64,000 bases of DNA from Macrostomum lignano (lineage: Eukaryota), in the NCBI GenBank assembly GCA_002269645.1, contig NIVC01003996.1, forward strand, positions 2,001-66,000, read 5' to 3'. Below the pieces are notes generated by a model that worked only from the letters and a program-made list of their open reading frames with translations, was not told where the DNA came from and made no database searches. Both the position numbers and the translations under genes were made by a program. Positions within the stretch are counted from its first letter, which is position 1. Every line of letters begins with the position of its first letter. Of this stretch, positions 34,565-47,600 are shown in pieces.

Positions 34565-34985
34565 TAAGATAAATTAGAGAGACATTGAGAAAACCAAGAG
34601 ACTGTGAAAAAATGAGAGAGGTGTGAGATAAATACGAAAGACTGTGAGATAAATAAGAGAGACTGCGAGATAACTAAGAGAGACATTGAGATAAATACGA
34701 AAGACTGTGAGATAAATAAGAGAGACTGTGAGATAACTAAGAGAGACATTGAGATAAATACGAAAGACTGTGAGATAAATATGAGAGACTGTGAGATAAC
34801 TAAGAGAGACAGTGAGATAAATACGAGAGACTGTGAGATAAATGAGTGAGACTGTCAGATAACTAAGAGAGACTGTGAGATAAATGAGTGAGACTGTCAG
34901 ATAACTAAGAGAGACATTGAGATAAATGAGAGACTGTGAGATAAATACGAGAGACAGTGGGATAAATGAGAGAGACAGTGAGACA
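34565..34985. repeat. GAGACTGTGAGATAA-type minisatellite
   Basis: Tandem copies. Confidence 0.9.
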
Positions 34986-35539
34986 AATTACCTTTCCTTT
35001 CAAATTTCAATTAATCTATCTCACATTAACGTATATCAAATATATTGTTTAAGCTAACTAATAGGTTTATATCAGGATTATACGCCACGTGACACGCTGG
35101 TTCGATCCAGCTCACTCTTGTGTTGTCCACTTCAGCCAGCTCTAGAAGACGAGAGACAGACAGTTCAGCATGAGCGCTGATAGAAGCTTATTGGCCAACC
35201 AATGAGAGAGAAGCTGGACTAAAAATAGAGAAAACTCTTTTCAGGACTCAGCTCTGCAGGCGATGAGAAGAAGTCCGAGAGCAGAGAGAGGGGCCTGATT
35301 TTGTAGTGGGACACCCTCGCTTTTATACCGGTGAAGTGTACATAGAGAGGGAAGGTAAGAAAAACTAGGGAAGGCTTGGCATAATGTATGGTTGTACGCA
35401 ACAGTATGTGCAAGCCGAGGCTTCAAAAATTGATCTTGCATAGACTCAGAAAGATAAGAATCGAGAAACAATAAAAATCCTGGCACTTCTACTTTTAAGT
35501 AGTAATTCAGTAATTCGACTTGATTCCTTCGAATAAATA

Positions 35540-35670
35540 ACAAGCCTAAATTGAAATCTGGGCTTGGCTTTGCTTATGCATTTAATGTCATTGTCCCTTG
35601 TTCTTGTCCCTAAGGGCCAACCTGCAAGGCAGAGCAAAATATATACATACCTAACATAAAATAAAGGTAG
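35540..35670 (+). mobile_element. Decayed, CpG-depleted copy of SINE family A
   Basis: AAATTGAAATCTGGGCTTGGCTTTGCTTATGCATTTAATG aligns with GAATTGGAATCTCGGCTTGGCTCTGCTCGTGCAATTAACG near 6560-6600. The ORF track also shows shared AKPRFQF in ORFs 4769 and 35446. Confidence 0.65.
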
Positions 35671-38600
35671 TCTGCTATTGTTTCTATATTTCTGTGCTTG
35701 CATGCCAACCAATGTCTCTTGCTAGCTAGTTAAAGTATACTAGGGTTAGGGTCGTAGGGAGCATATAGTCCATTGCATTTACTTAGGTAATCTATTGCTC
35801 ATTTTTGTTACCAATTTAATCATTATTAGATATCTAAGCTTTGGTCATAATATGATTTTTAGGTCAATATTAATAGTGTTAGCATTGTCAAATTTCTAAA
35901 GTAATCTTATAAGCATATTTTAGCTACCACATATATATACCTATTATTACTATACCTAGTAGTTCTTATATAGTATTTTATTGTTTTTTATTCAAGACAA
36001 GACTTGCAAAAAGTCTATGTTCACCTTTATACACTTTAACTAACATTATCACAACTAGCAAAAGGCATAATGGCCTGTTTTACCAACCCCTTGAGTAGGC
36101 AATCAAGCATATTGATACCTATTTAGGCCTACTCATAAGCACAAGCATAAGATTAAGCTAAGGCTACTAGCATAATAATGCTATATATCAGACAGCTAGG
36201 CTATGATAAGAGTTAGACAAGATCTTCAAGATCTCTATCTTGATTGTCAATAACTTAGTACTTTTTTCTCAATCTTGATCTTGGTTTTAAGATCTTGAAA
36301 AAAGTCAAGATTTGTGACTAAGTCACTATTGGTGACTATGATATTATCATCATTATATTTGATATATATCAAGTAACTAACAAGCTCAACAATAATTGCT
36401 TTTTCCTTCTATTGTCAGCATTAAACACATTTAACAAATAACAATATTACTATTATTATTGATAGATAGAATAGTATAAATAGACCTACTAGATGCTATT
36501 TGGCTTAATCTTGAATCTTGATCAAATCTCAATTATCTTAAAAGCATAGAGACCAAAAAATTATTTCTGCAACATGGAACTTTTATTCTTATTATTGTCA
36601 TTAGCTTTTATTGCTATTAAGCAATATTTTTATTGCTTTCTGCTTTTTATATAGTTAATTGCTTTAGGTAAAATTAGTTTAACATTTCAAACCCTATTGG
36701 AATAAGTGGACAAAAGGTGTCTAACCATCTGTCACAGTGTTGCATTGCAGCTAGAGTCAATGCAGGTAGTGTTGCAGTGTGGTGTAGTTTTAGACTTTTA
36801 GGTAAATGGCAAGAGTAACTATTACTGTCTTTTTAAGGCTAAATGCCTCATTATCTAATTAGTACTACACCCGTTTTTGATGCAAAAATTAACATATTCT
36901 GTGTTGCATTGCATTTTTTAGCTATAACTTTAGACCCAATGTTGTGCATCTACAGGTTTTTTATACTTATTCTAATAGGGGTTTTAAAACTTGTAATATT
37001 TTAAATATCCAAGAATAAAAAACTTAAGGTTTCAAAATACTTATTTTTATATCTATAATACTATAGATAGTATACTATTCATAACTTAGTATATGAATAC
37101 CACACTCTCAATCATATAGTATATGCCTAAAATTTAGACCAAAAGTAGGCATGCACAGTTGGTGTGTTATCACTCTTAAGAAAATAGTATGAGTGCATAC
37201 TTGGCTTGGCATGTACCTTAAAGAATCACATCAAAAAGTTAGTGTTCATTGAAAAAGATATAAAAAGTTCATTTTAAGCATAAATTTCAAGCTTTCCAGG
37301 TTTTTAAAGCTTGTAATAAGGCATTTAAACAAATCTTTGTATGTATTAATTTTTAATTATTGATAAATAATATAAATAGTATAAGCATAATAAATAGGAG
37401 AAGCAAAAAAAGCAAAAAATCAAATAAATTATTTGCCAAAAGGGGTCCCTTACACAACCCAAAAAAGTCTTTTATTGTTGCAGCATAGAAAAATATCATA
37501 TATTGTTGCAACACTAGCATAGATTTGAGAGTATGAGCATATACTCAAAAATTTTTGGTATGCAATTGTAATTATTCAACTTTTGTTTTGGTGTACACCT
37601 AGCATGATCCAGACTAAGTCTATGGTATGAGTATAGTAAAATATAGTTAAGTTCTTAATATTTCTTCATAGGTTAAAGTTAAAGTTTAAAAGTTAATTAA
37701 TTTTTTTTTATTTTTTAAGCTTAATTTTTATAAACCTATAAAGCATATATTTATATTCTATCATATGCAATTATGCAAAAAATACTCTATAGCATAGTCC
37801 AATAGGCCTGGCCTACTACTACAAACAAAAAAGTCAATTCAATATAACAGTAACAATTGTTTTTAACCTAAAAAATAACTTTTAATGACATGACACAAAA
37901 AATTCAACATTAAAAAATATAAGATAGCCAGCACAAACCCATGAGGCCATGAGTAAGTACTATATTTGTCATTTGTGCTCTGCTCTTGTTGTACTTTCTA
38001 TCTATAGTATAGGCCTGTGCAGTCTGTGCTGTATAGGCATAGCTTAGCTATCATCTATGGCTATAGAAATAGTGTAGCTATGTTATAGGCCTTCAATTAG
38101 CATAAGCAATAATATGGGTCTAGATAGACTTAAAGCCTTATGTCATTCACCAATGCATTATTTAAAAACACCACTTTTAGAGAGTGGATGATATCTGATA
38201 TGATCTGATTGATAGCTAGCAATTTCAGTCAGTTCATCAATGATCAATTCCCACACGCCGTATTTTTTAAAAAGCCTGTCATGGCAATAAATGAATTTTA
38301 AGATTCAAGAAACGCAGAATGCATGATGCAGACTGCAGACAGGGCAGGCATGGGCATTTCTAGGAAATCCAGACGACGCTTTGTACCTACGCGACTTTCT
38401 AAGAACTATATGCATTAAACCATCGATATTGTTTTTATCCTAAGTGTGGGGATACAATGCGTAATTGTTTAAGTTAAGCAACTTATTTTTTAAAAATAAG
38501 TGTACATGTATGCATTTTTGCTTACTAAAAGCAAAAAAGCACGATAATTATTGAGTCCAATGTAGTAACGACTTTGGAAGATAAAGTAATTGGAAAGCGC

Positions 38601-40129
38601 TGTGTCTCTCACTTGTAATTTGTAATAGTAATAGTAATATTAATATTATTATCTTTTTAATTTACTAACTTATTTACCAGCATAATTAATTAGCCTTGGA
38701 ATAGGCTGTAACAAGGACTACTCAAGTAACATATAGGACGCAACACTCGAAATCTTATGGTAATGTTTTGAAGGCAACTTTTCGCCGAAAAATACACTAC
38801 AGAGATAGGAGGTTTTAATTTTTTCAGCACAAAAATTGTTATTGCTTTTGATAGGAGGAAGATCCAGTGTTCATCTTTTGATATGTCGTGCCTTTATTAT
38901 TGCTCTATCGATATTCATAAAGCTTTTCGTTCAGAAATAGTAAGACAGGAAAATACACTTACGGATAGGAAATTTCACGATTTTCAACACTAAAACAGTG
39001 ATTGAGTCTCTTAACAGTGTCAGAGAAAGTTCTAATCTGCACACTATTTTGTGCCTCACATGCTGCTCTAACGACGCATTGATCGATTTTTCATGTTAAA
39101 TTGATCTTATTGGAAAAAACGTTTGGAAAAAACGTTTGAAATAATGACAAGACCTTTGGACATGTAGTCCAAAACCGCGCTGCGGAAAACCTCGCTGCGG
39201 GAAGCTATGGCAAACCTCGGCGGGAAAACTTCCTGTGGGAAATTCTCCTCTGGTTTGATTGTAGTTTCTTCAAGCCTTAAGTTTTCTTTCAATGGTCAGA
39301 GCAGCTAAACGCGTCTGACTGTTGCGTTGTGCTGGTTCGATCCCTGGTCTAATTCTGTGAGCGGCATCATTAATGACATCTTCATACTGATACAATGTTA
39401 ATTCTTGACGCTATGGAAAAAAATTAATAAACAATTGAGTATACTGAGGTCTGTTCTGTATACTAGTACAAGTGCACGAGCACTCGAAAAATTCATATTG
39501 AAACTACTGCTGGGGTGTTAAGACTTCTCTCTCTCTCTCCGCAAGATGAGTCATAAATTTCACGTGCACCAATACGGGAAGCGCGCTAGGGAAACAAAAA
39601 GAAGACAAATTTTGCATGCAATGGCCATCATGAAGGAACTTTGCCAGCAATTTTTTGGCGTTAGCTAGCGACCCAAAGCATGCATTGAAAAGCAATTCCT
39701 TTTGCCCTGCTGCATTCGCTCTTGATGGTGTGTCTGCATGCTTGTATCTGACTGTCTCCAGTATCCGTGCCCCGCACGACCCTGGACCTCTCATAATTCT
39801 CCGAGGGATGGGTGAAATGCATAGTTCAGACTATACGCACTTCAAGTGTACCGGATTCGTGCAGAGCATTATGAATGATATGCATGCATGCGCATACTCA
39901 CCATTTTTGACATAACGCCGTTGCGCATGGATGAATGGAATTAATTGCACAGCTTCTCTGCAAGCATGAAGTATATTGTTTGTTAGTCCCCATGAGAGGA
40001 ACATAACCATTTTCGCATTTTTCTTCATCCTAAAATGTACTTTTAATTAATTATCTACCCTGGGGGATTATATATTGATTATATTTTTACTTTTAAATGC
40101 AAAGCTGCATAAGGGTCAGTGAGATTTGT

Positions 40130-40497
40130 CCTCCTTCGTCAATCACATCGGGTCATAAGATTCTTTAAGAAGGGGTCATTGACCTCCTTCGTCAAATTCA
40201 TAAGGGTAATAAGATTCTTTGAGAAGGGGTCATTGACCTCCTTCGTCAAATTCATAAGGGTAATAAGATTCTTTGAGAAGGGGTCATTGACCTCCTTCGT
40301 CAAATTCATAAGGGTAATAAGATTCTTTGAGAAGGGGTCATTGACCTCCTTCGTCAAATTCATAAGGGTAATAAGATTCTTTGAGAAGGGGTCATTGACC
40401 TCCTTCGTCAAATTCATAAGGGTAATAAGATTCTTTGAGAAGGGGTCATTGACCTCCTTCGTCAAATTCATAAGGGTAATAAGATTCTTTGAGAAGG
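40130..40497. repeat. 54-bp tandem repeat, ~6.5 near-identical copies
   Basis: AGATTCTTTGAGAAGGGGTCATTGACCTCCTTCGTCAAATTCATAAGGGTAATA repeated. Confidence 0.97.
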
Positions 40498-41616
40498 CCA
40501 GGCACCTATCTGTAATCTTCAACTAACTATGCAAGAAGCATTTTAGCAAGCAGAGCTGAGAGCGCGGTATTGACGAGACAATTTGGAAAGCAAGCAACTA
40601 AATTTTTGAAGCAATTCTCCACAAATCATAAATTATCTTTTTGGTCTCTCCCCCTTCTCAGGTCAGTTTCAACTTCCTTATTTATTAGTCTGGAGTTAAT
40701 TTGAAAGCTATGCGTCTAAAGCCGTCTATGCAATAAAATTGATTGCTTATCGAATAATAAGGCTCATTTTCAGAGTCATCTGCCACATTTCGTGCCGATT
40801 TTCATCCACATAGCAACAACGACAGCAAAAATGGGGGTTTAATTTTACTCTTGGCTTTTAAATGCAATTTCTGTCTGTATTTTCTTGTCACTGTAAATTC
40901 TAAAATCGAAGCAAGCAATATTAGCTAACGCATAAAAATCCATTAAAAATGACACAAAAATGGACGTCATGGAAGCGAATTAACTTGTGATGCTGCTGCT
41001 GCTGCAGTCATTCAGTGCCCTGTGTCAGGCACAGTGACAGTGACTTATTACGGCTGGTTGAGTGAATGAGCATGGACTGGGGTCCGTATACTAAAAATAA
41101 AAAATACACTTGATTTTGACTAGCCTAACATGGTCCATGGTTTGACTATGGAGAGGAGGAGCGAAGTGAATCACACACACACACACACACACACACACAC
41201 CGAGGGACCCCGCCCCGCAAAGCGAAAACCCACCACCCCATTCCCCCAGTCCAACGGGCGAACAAACCACCCCATAAATATCGTCCAATAGGAACGCTCC
41301 AAATCTCTCACCCCTCTTAGCCCATGCAAGAAGGGCAGAGGCCATTTATAGAGCGGAACAATCAACCCCTCGCACATTTAGAACCGGCCGCTTTGTGAAA
41401 CTTTTACAGCGCGTGTAAATAACAGCGAGTGTGTGGACTTTAATTTTAACAAAGCTCAGCAAGTCCGTTGGCTCGGCATGTAAAAATATTTAAAATCTAA
41501 ATCTCTTCGTCATCAATCGTCTAGCTTTCATCGACGCTGAGTGCTAATAAATTACACTACTCGCCTAGCAGCATCAATTCACTTTGATACTACGTACTAT
41601 TCGAATTAGATAAAAG

Positions 41617-44600
41617 ATGGAGCATCATAACAATAACGTCAACGAAAACAACAACATGCTGGTAAATGTGGACTCCGAGGTTACATTTGAACTTGGCGAC
41701 GGTGCCAGCGGCAGCGGAGGCAGTCCTAGCGCTGGCAGTTTACCAATAGCAGCCGCAGTTGACGCTGGCATTGGCAGTCGTGGCGGCAGCGCCGGCGGCT
41801 CAACCCAGGCCACTACTAGTCCTCGGGGTCCGCCGCTAGAATGGAGCACGCCAGTATCAAATCCGGATAGCTACAATTATAATAATGCCAGGCGTCGTCG
41901 ACACGGCGCCGGAGGCGGCGGCGGCATGGATAGCGGGTATCAGACTGACTCACCGCTGATGATGAACACCGCCTTAGCAGCAGCAGCCGCTGGGACATCA
42001 ACATCTGATCAACAGCAGCAGGAGCAATTTCAAATGAGCATGGAAGATTTGCGACTACAATTGCCTAGCCCACCGCCGCTTCATCATCAACAGCAGCAGC
42101 AGCAGCAGCCACCGCCTGGCACTTTTAGACCTGTTAGTCCCCAGCCTGTCATGCTGTCATCGTCTGCTCCAACAATGAGACAGCTATCGCCTCATCTCGC
42201 CTCAGGCTACCATCTGCACTATCAGAATCATCATCATCAATATTATTATCCATATCGACCGCCGTCTGTACCCATGGCCGATCTGCCAGAGCCAGAAGAG
42301 GCAGCAGCAGCAGATGAAGCAGCAGACCTCGAGGCCCAGCAAAGCCTTCTCGGCGGCGGCCCTAATTCTGCTGCAGATCGAGAAGTTGCTTACGTTGCTG
42401 CCTCCCGTTCGGGTGGTGAGTTATTAAGGTTTCTGGGTTAATTATTTTCTATTCTAAAAGTACATGAGCATGAGCACAGGAGAAAGAGCTGACTAGGGGC
42501 GGGGGAACATTTTATGGCTCTATTCTAGGAATGCTCACAACTCACATGTTGATCACGTGACATGACATGACGTTAAAGCGGTTCAACCGCGTGACACGGG
42601 GGTTTCTTCCTTCTTTCTATCGATATTTCCTAATTAAATTTGTTTGCTTGCACTTTTAATTGAGTGTCATTTAAACATCTCTATGGCCTGTAGTGTGGAA
42701 ATGAGAGGGGTTGGTCTTGGTCAAGAATTAGGTCAGCTCATGTGTATGATAAGGAAGGAAGACAGCAAGGTCACTGAGTGCGTTTTTTTCTTTTAACAAA
42801 CGAATTTTATAAAGTACATTTGGTACTTTTTAATTGATGGTTTCATTTTTGGCTTCTTAGAATTTGAATGCAGAAAAATTACGATTTCGTGTTTCAATCT
42901 GGCATTAGTCTAAATTCTAAAACGGGGGCATAAAAATCTAAAGCTACATTTAAAGCTTCTGTTTATTGTACTTTTTGTTTGAATAAAGTTCATACTGCAC
43001 TTATTATTATAATTACTCTGGAACAGATAGTGCCATTCTGGTTCTTGCATTCTGGCCTGATACTCTATAGAGTATAGACTCTACTATAAGTCTCATTCTG
43101 ACACTCCCTGAGTTCATGAACCTTCTGGTACTCACCCCTAGGCCCTAGTATCATTCTGGCACTCTCTTAGTCTCATTCTGGCACTCCACCCAGTCTCATT
43201 CTGGCACTCCACCCCCAGTCTCATTCTGGCACTCCACCCCCAGTCTCATTCTGGCACTCCACCCAGTCTCATTCTGGCACTCCACCCAGTCTCATTCTGG
43301 CACTCCACCCCCAGTCTCATTCTGGCACTCCCCGTGCCATTTTGGCATTGGCACTCTCCACAGTCTCCAGTAGATTAATAATTTTGACATTTACCTGTGA
43401 TAGATAATGTTAGCCTTCATATAAAAATGTAGTGTTGACAGCAGTGCATACGCACCTGGCTTAACTATATTTGCGAATTATTTTAAATTTTTTAACCAAC
43501 GCATTAGTACAACTAAACTGTTAATTAAGTGTAGCCCAAGGCCCCAAAATTACGTATAGGCAGGTACAATTTATGCATGTTAATAATTGATAACAAATTT
43601 TATATCGGGTTTAATCTATAAGAATGCCTTGCCTCTACACCTACAAAAAAGTGTTAATTGAAATTAAGATATCACCTTAATTCGAGGACACTGCGGCACC
43701 TTATTTTTTGGGGGGTGCAAGTTAAATGTTATTGAGCTTTTTTGTTCTCTAATGAGCTAGCCTAACCTGTGAATGATTATGTATATTTGTATCTAATAAG
43801 TAAGATAAGCGGCGTCATTTATAGTTGTCTAGACTTGTTGCCCTGTAAGGTGACCCTAGCCTAGTTGGGACATACTTACTATAAATAGATTTTATCACGT
43901 GATTCGGTAGACTAATAAACTAAATAATAAGGCTCTTGCAATCTGCGTGTGTGTGAGGGTTGGACGCGCCAGGGGCACAGGGGCAACGCCTTAACGCCCT
44001 ATTACGAGTATCTGACAAGAAAGACAAAAAACAAACAAGTGACGAATACACTACACCCGTATAATAGTCATATTGCCAGCTCTGTCACTCAGTTTACTCT
44101 GTCTGTCTGTCTGTCCGACCGGTTTGCCAGGTTCTAATTATAGTCATTCTTTTTTGTGGTCTAGACATGCGTCTAATCTAAAAACGGCTCTTAGATTATG
44201 GCTATTAGAGCTGCTTTTCATTGTTGATTATTTTCGATTTCGAAATATATAATTGCTTGCTTGCTTACGGAGTTTTAGTTCATCTGCACCAGTTGAGTGT
44301 TGTTTATCGCCTCTCCTCTGACCCTGACTAAGTTACTCCTTACATCCAAGTCCTAAGTCCTAACTAATCTGTTTAAATGTTTTTGCCTTTTTATCTTAAG
44401 TAAATGATGATCCCTTTAATAATAGTTACGGCGGACGGCGTGGTTAAGACTTTATTCTGTTCTTTGATTTTTGTTCAAAGAAATAGCCGCCCGCCGCCGC
44501 CCACCGCCCCCATAAAAGATCTAACAAATTCACACGCCGTACATTAGAGCTGTCTGTTTTGGTGTGAAAATTGCCGGCCCCGACTCTGGGGCGGGGATTG

Positions 44601-47600
44601 AGGCCGGAGTGGGGTGGCTATCGTGTCTATTCTATTTTGCCACCCCGCCCCAACCCCCCTCTAGCCCAGACCATATTAGGTCACGTGACAATTTAATTGC
44701 CTCTGCGTTCCCAAAATTTGTGATCGCGATCGCCGCCTATTTGTCATCTTGTCCTTGTTTGTCTGTCCTGTCGTTCATTGTAGTATTATTATTTATTATT
44801 ATTGTCAAAACAAATTTAGTTTCTTTTCGGTCATTAAAATGTGTACAATAAATAGCTCGTAATGTGTACAAGTCTCTGTCCAGGTTTTAATGGGGTGGTT
44901 TGTAATGTAAATGAGCCCCTTCTGAGCTGACGCACTTTTATGTATGGGCCTCTGTTGAAAATAAGATGATTCAGCAGTGTGAATGAAAGAACAACTAAGG
45001 ATGCACCGTCTCCCATCATGATTCCAGACAGCGTATCCACTATCCATAATTGATTTTTTTACTTAATGTTAAAGTGGGGACATTTTGCCCCCTTCCTCCA
45101 CCCCCTCTGGCTACGCCCTTTGCTACTGACAGATTAATCATTAAACTTCATTATGTCATCATTTAGGCAATTAAGGCCGCGCTCTCTTCACCCGATGTTT
45201 TGTAATTTTCATTTTACACATGTAAATTTTTAACCTAACAAGGCAAGGCACAGGTCAGTTTTTTAAGGACATGTTGTTATCCGCTGCAGGGGTCATGTTT
45301 AGAATCCATGTTAGAATGGGTTCTTATCATCTTTTTGCGTAGTTTCTCGGAATCTGATTGGGTGTCAGATCTTGGAATCTAAAGGGGGTGTCAGATCTTG
45401 GAATCTAAAGGGGTGTGTCAGATCTCGGAATCTAAAGGGGGTGTCAGATCTCGGAATCTAAAGGGGGTGTCAGATCTCGGAATCTAAAGGGGGTGTCAGA
45501 TCTCGGAATCTAAAGGGGGTGTCAGATCTCGGAATCTAATGGGGTGTCAGATCTCGGAATCTAAAGGGGGTGTCAGATCTCGGAATCTAATGGGGTGTCA
45601 GATCTCGGAATCTAATGGGGTGTCAGACCTCGGAATCTAATGGTGTCAGATCTCGGAATCTAATGGGATGTGTCAGATCTCGGAATCTAATGGGGTGTCA
45701 GATCTCGGAATCTAATGGGGTGTGTCAGATCTCGGAATCTAATGGGGTGTCAGATCTCGAAATCTAATGGGGTGTGTCAGATCTCTGAATCTAATGGGGT
45801 GTCAGATCTCGGAATCTGATGGGGTGTGTCAGATCTCGGAATCTAAAGGGGGTGTCAGATCTCGGAATCTGATGGGGTGTGTCAGATCTCGGAATCTAAT
45901 AGGGTGTCAGATCTCGGAATCTAATGGGGTGTCAGATCTCGGAATCTGATGGGGTGTGTCAGATCTCGGAATCTAAAGGGGGTGTCAGATCTCGGAATCT
46001 AATGGGGTGTCAGATCTCGGAATCTAAAGGGGGTGTCAGATCTCGGAATCTAATGGGGTGTCAGACCTCGGAATCTAATGGTGTCAGATCTTGGAATCTA
46101 AAGGGGTGTGTCAGATCTCGGAATCTAAAGGGGGTGTCAGATCTCGGAATCTAAAGGGGGTGTCAGATCTCGGAATCTAAAGGGGGTGTCAGATCTCGGA
46201 ATCTAATGGGGTGTGTCAGACCTCGGAATCTAATGGGGTGTGTCAGACCTCGGAATCTAATGGGGTGTGTCAGATCTTGGAATCTAATGGGTTGTCAGAT
46301 CTTGGAATCTACAGGGGGTGTCAGATTTTGGAATCTAATGGGGTGTCAGATTTTGGAATCTAATGGGGTGTCAGATTTTGGAATCTAATGGGGTGTCAGA
46401 TTTTGGAATCTAATGGGGTGTCAGATCTGGGAATCTAATAGTGTTGTCAGAACCTAATAAATTAATTAAAACGTTTCCTCAAGGCCTTGCCGACACCAAA
46501 AACGCTAAACAGACAAGCACTACGCAAACACTACGCTACTATGTACATTTAGTTAGTAGTAGTCAAACTGGTTGTTCTATATTTAGCTAGGTCCAGTTTA
46601 ACGTCATCAGGTTGAGTTTATTGCAAGATAGATTGAATTCACCGCGCACCCGGGCTCCGAGTGCGGCTGCTTGCCCCTGGATGAATCCAGGGCCCAGGGG
46701 TATTAGCGAAAGCCATAACTATATTTGAAATTTGTGGACAAGTGTTGAAGTTACTTCCACCTCCACCTGTTGTTTAACAAACCTTTGTTTAGCAAATTGT
46801 TTAAATTTAAGAATCCTAATAAAATTATGAAAAATTGATTGATAAAGTAATGGAAAATTTATATAAGATATAAAGTAGATTATTTAATACAATAAAGCTA
46901 ATTTTCTATTTTTAATCTCTCCACTCCCTCTCTCTCTCTCTCTTGGTAGGCAGCAGGTCTCTCTTGACCACTCGTGGCCAGTGGCGCCACCCTTTACTTT
47001 TATTTCTGTCTCAAAATGAACATTTATTGGACATTGTGCCAATTTAAGAAATTTTCTTTTCTATCCACTCTTTTCGCTCTCTTCTTCCTTTCCGCGCATG
47101 TGTATATATAAATGTTGTGTCTCACATGCGGGACTGACTGGGCAGGTGGATAGGTTAAAAACAGCCTGCTGTGTTATCATTAGCAATGCCGTCTCAGCAT
47201 CAACAAGTCATATTTGGCTTGGAATCATCAGATTCGGAAGCTGACGATGCGGATGACGTATTCGAACAGTCGACTTCTAATGGAGATAATTATAGCGAAT
47301 CTTTGTTGTCAGCTTGTAAGTTTTTTGTCTTCAATTTATTGATAGGTCTTATTGATAGGTCTTATTGATTGTCTTCAATTTATTTTATAGTATTAACTAA
47401 ATAACCTTGTCTAATAGGGGTAGCTGGGCATAATCTACGGTCTAAGTCACGTGGAGTGCCATTTTCTAGTTTGGGGAGTGCCATTTTCCAGTTTGGGGAG
47501 TGCCATTTATTAGTTTAGGGAGTGCCATTTTCCAGTTTGGGGAGTGCCATTTTCCAGTTTAGGGAGTGCCATTTTCCAGTTTGGGGAGTGCCATTTTCCA

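Noticed and set aside
39504-40028. Minus-strand frame of ~175 codons interrupted by one stop
   Set aside because: No recognisable motif or splice support.
46640-46715. Hairpin CCCCTGGATGAATCCAGGG..CGAAAG resembling a hammerhead ribozyme
   Set aside because: The core reads CTGGATGA rather than CTGANGA, and stems I and III are not evident.
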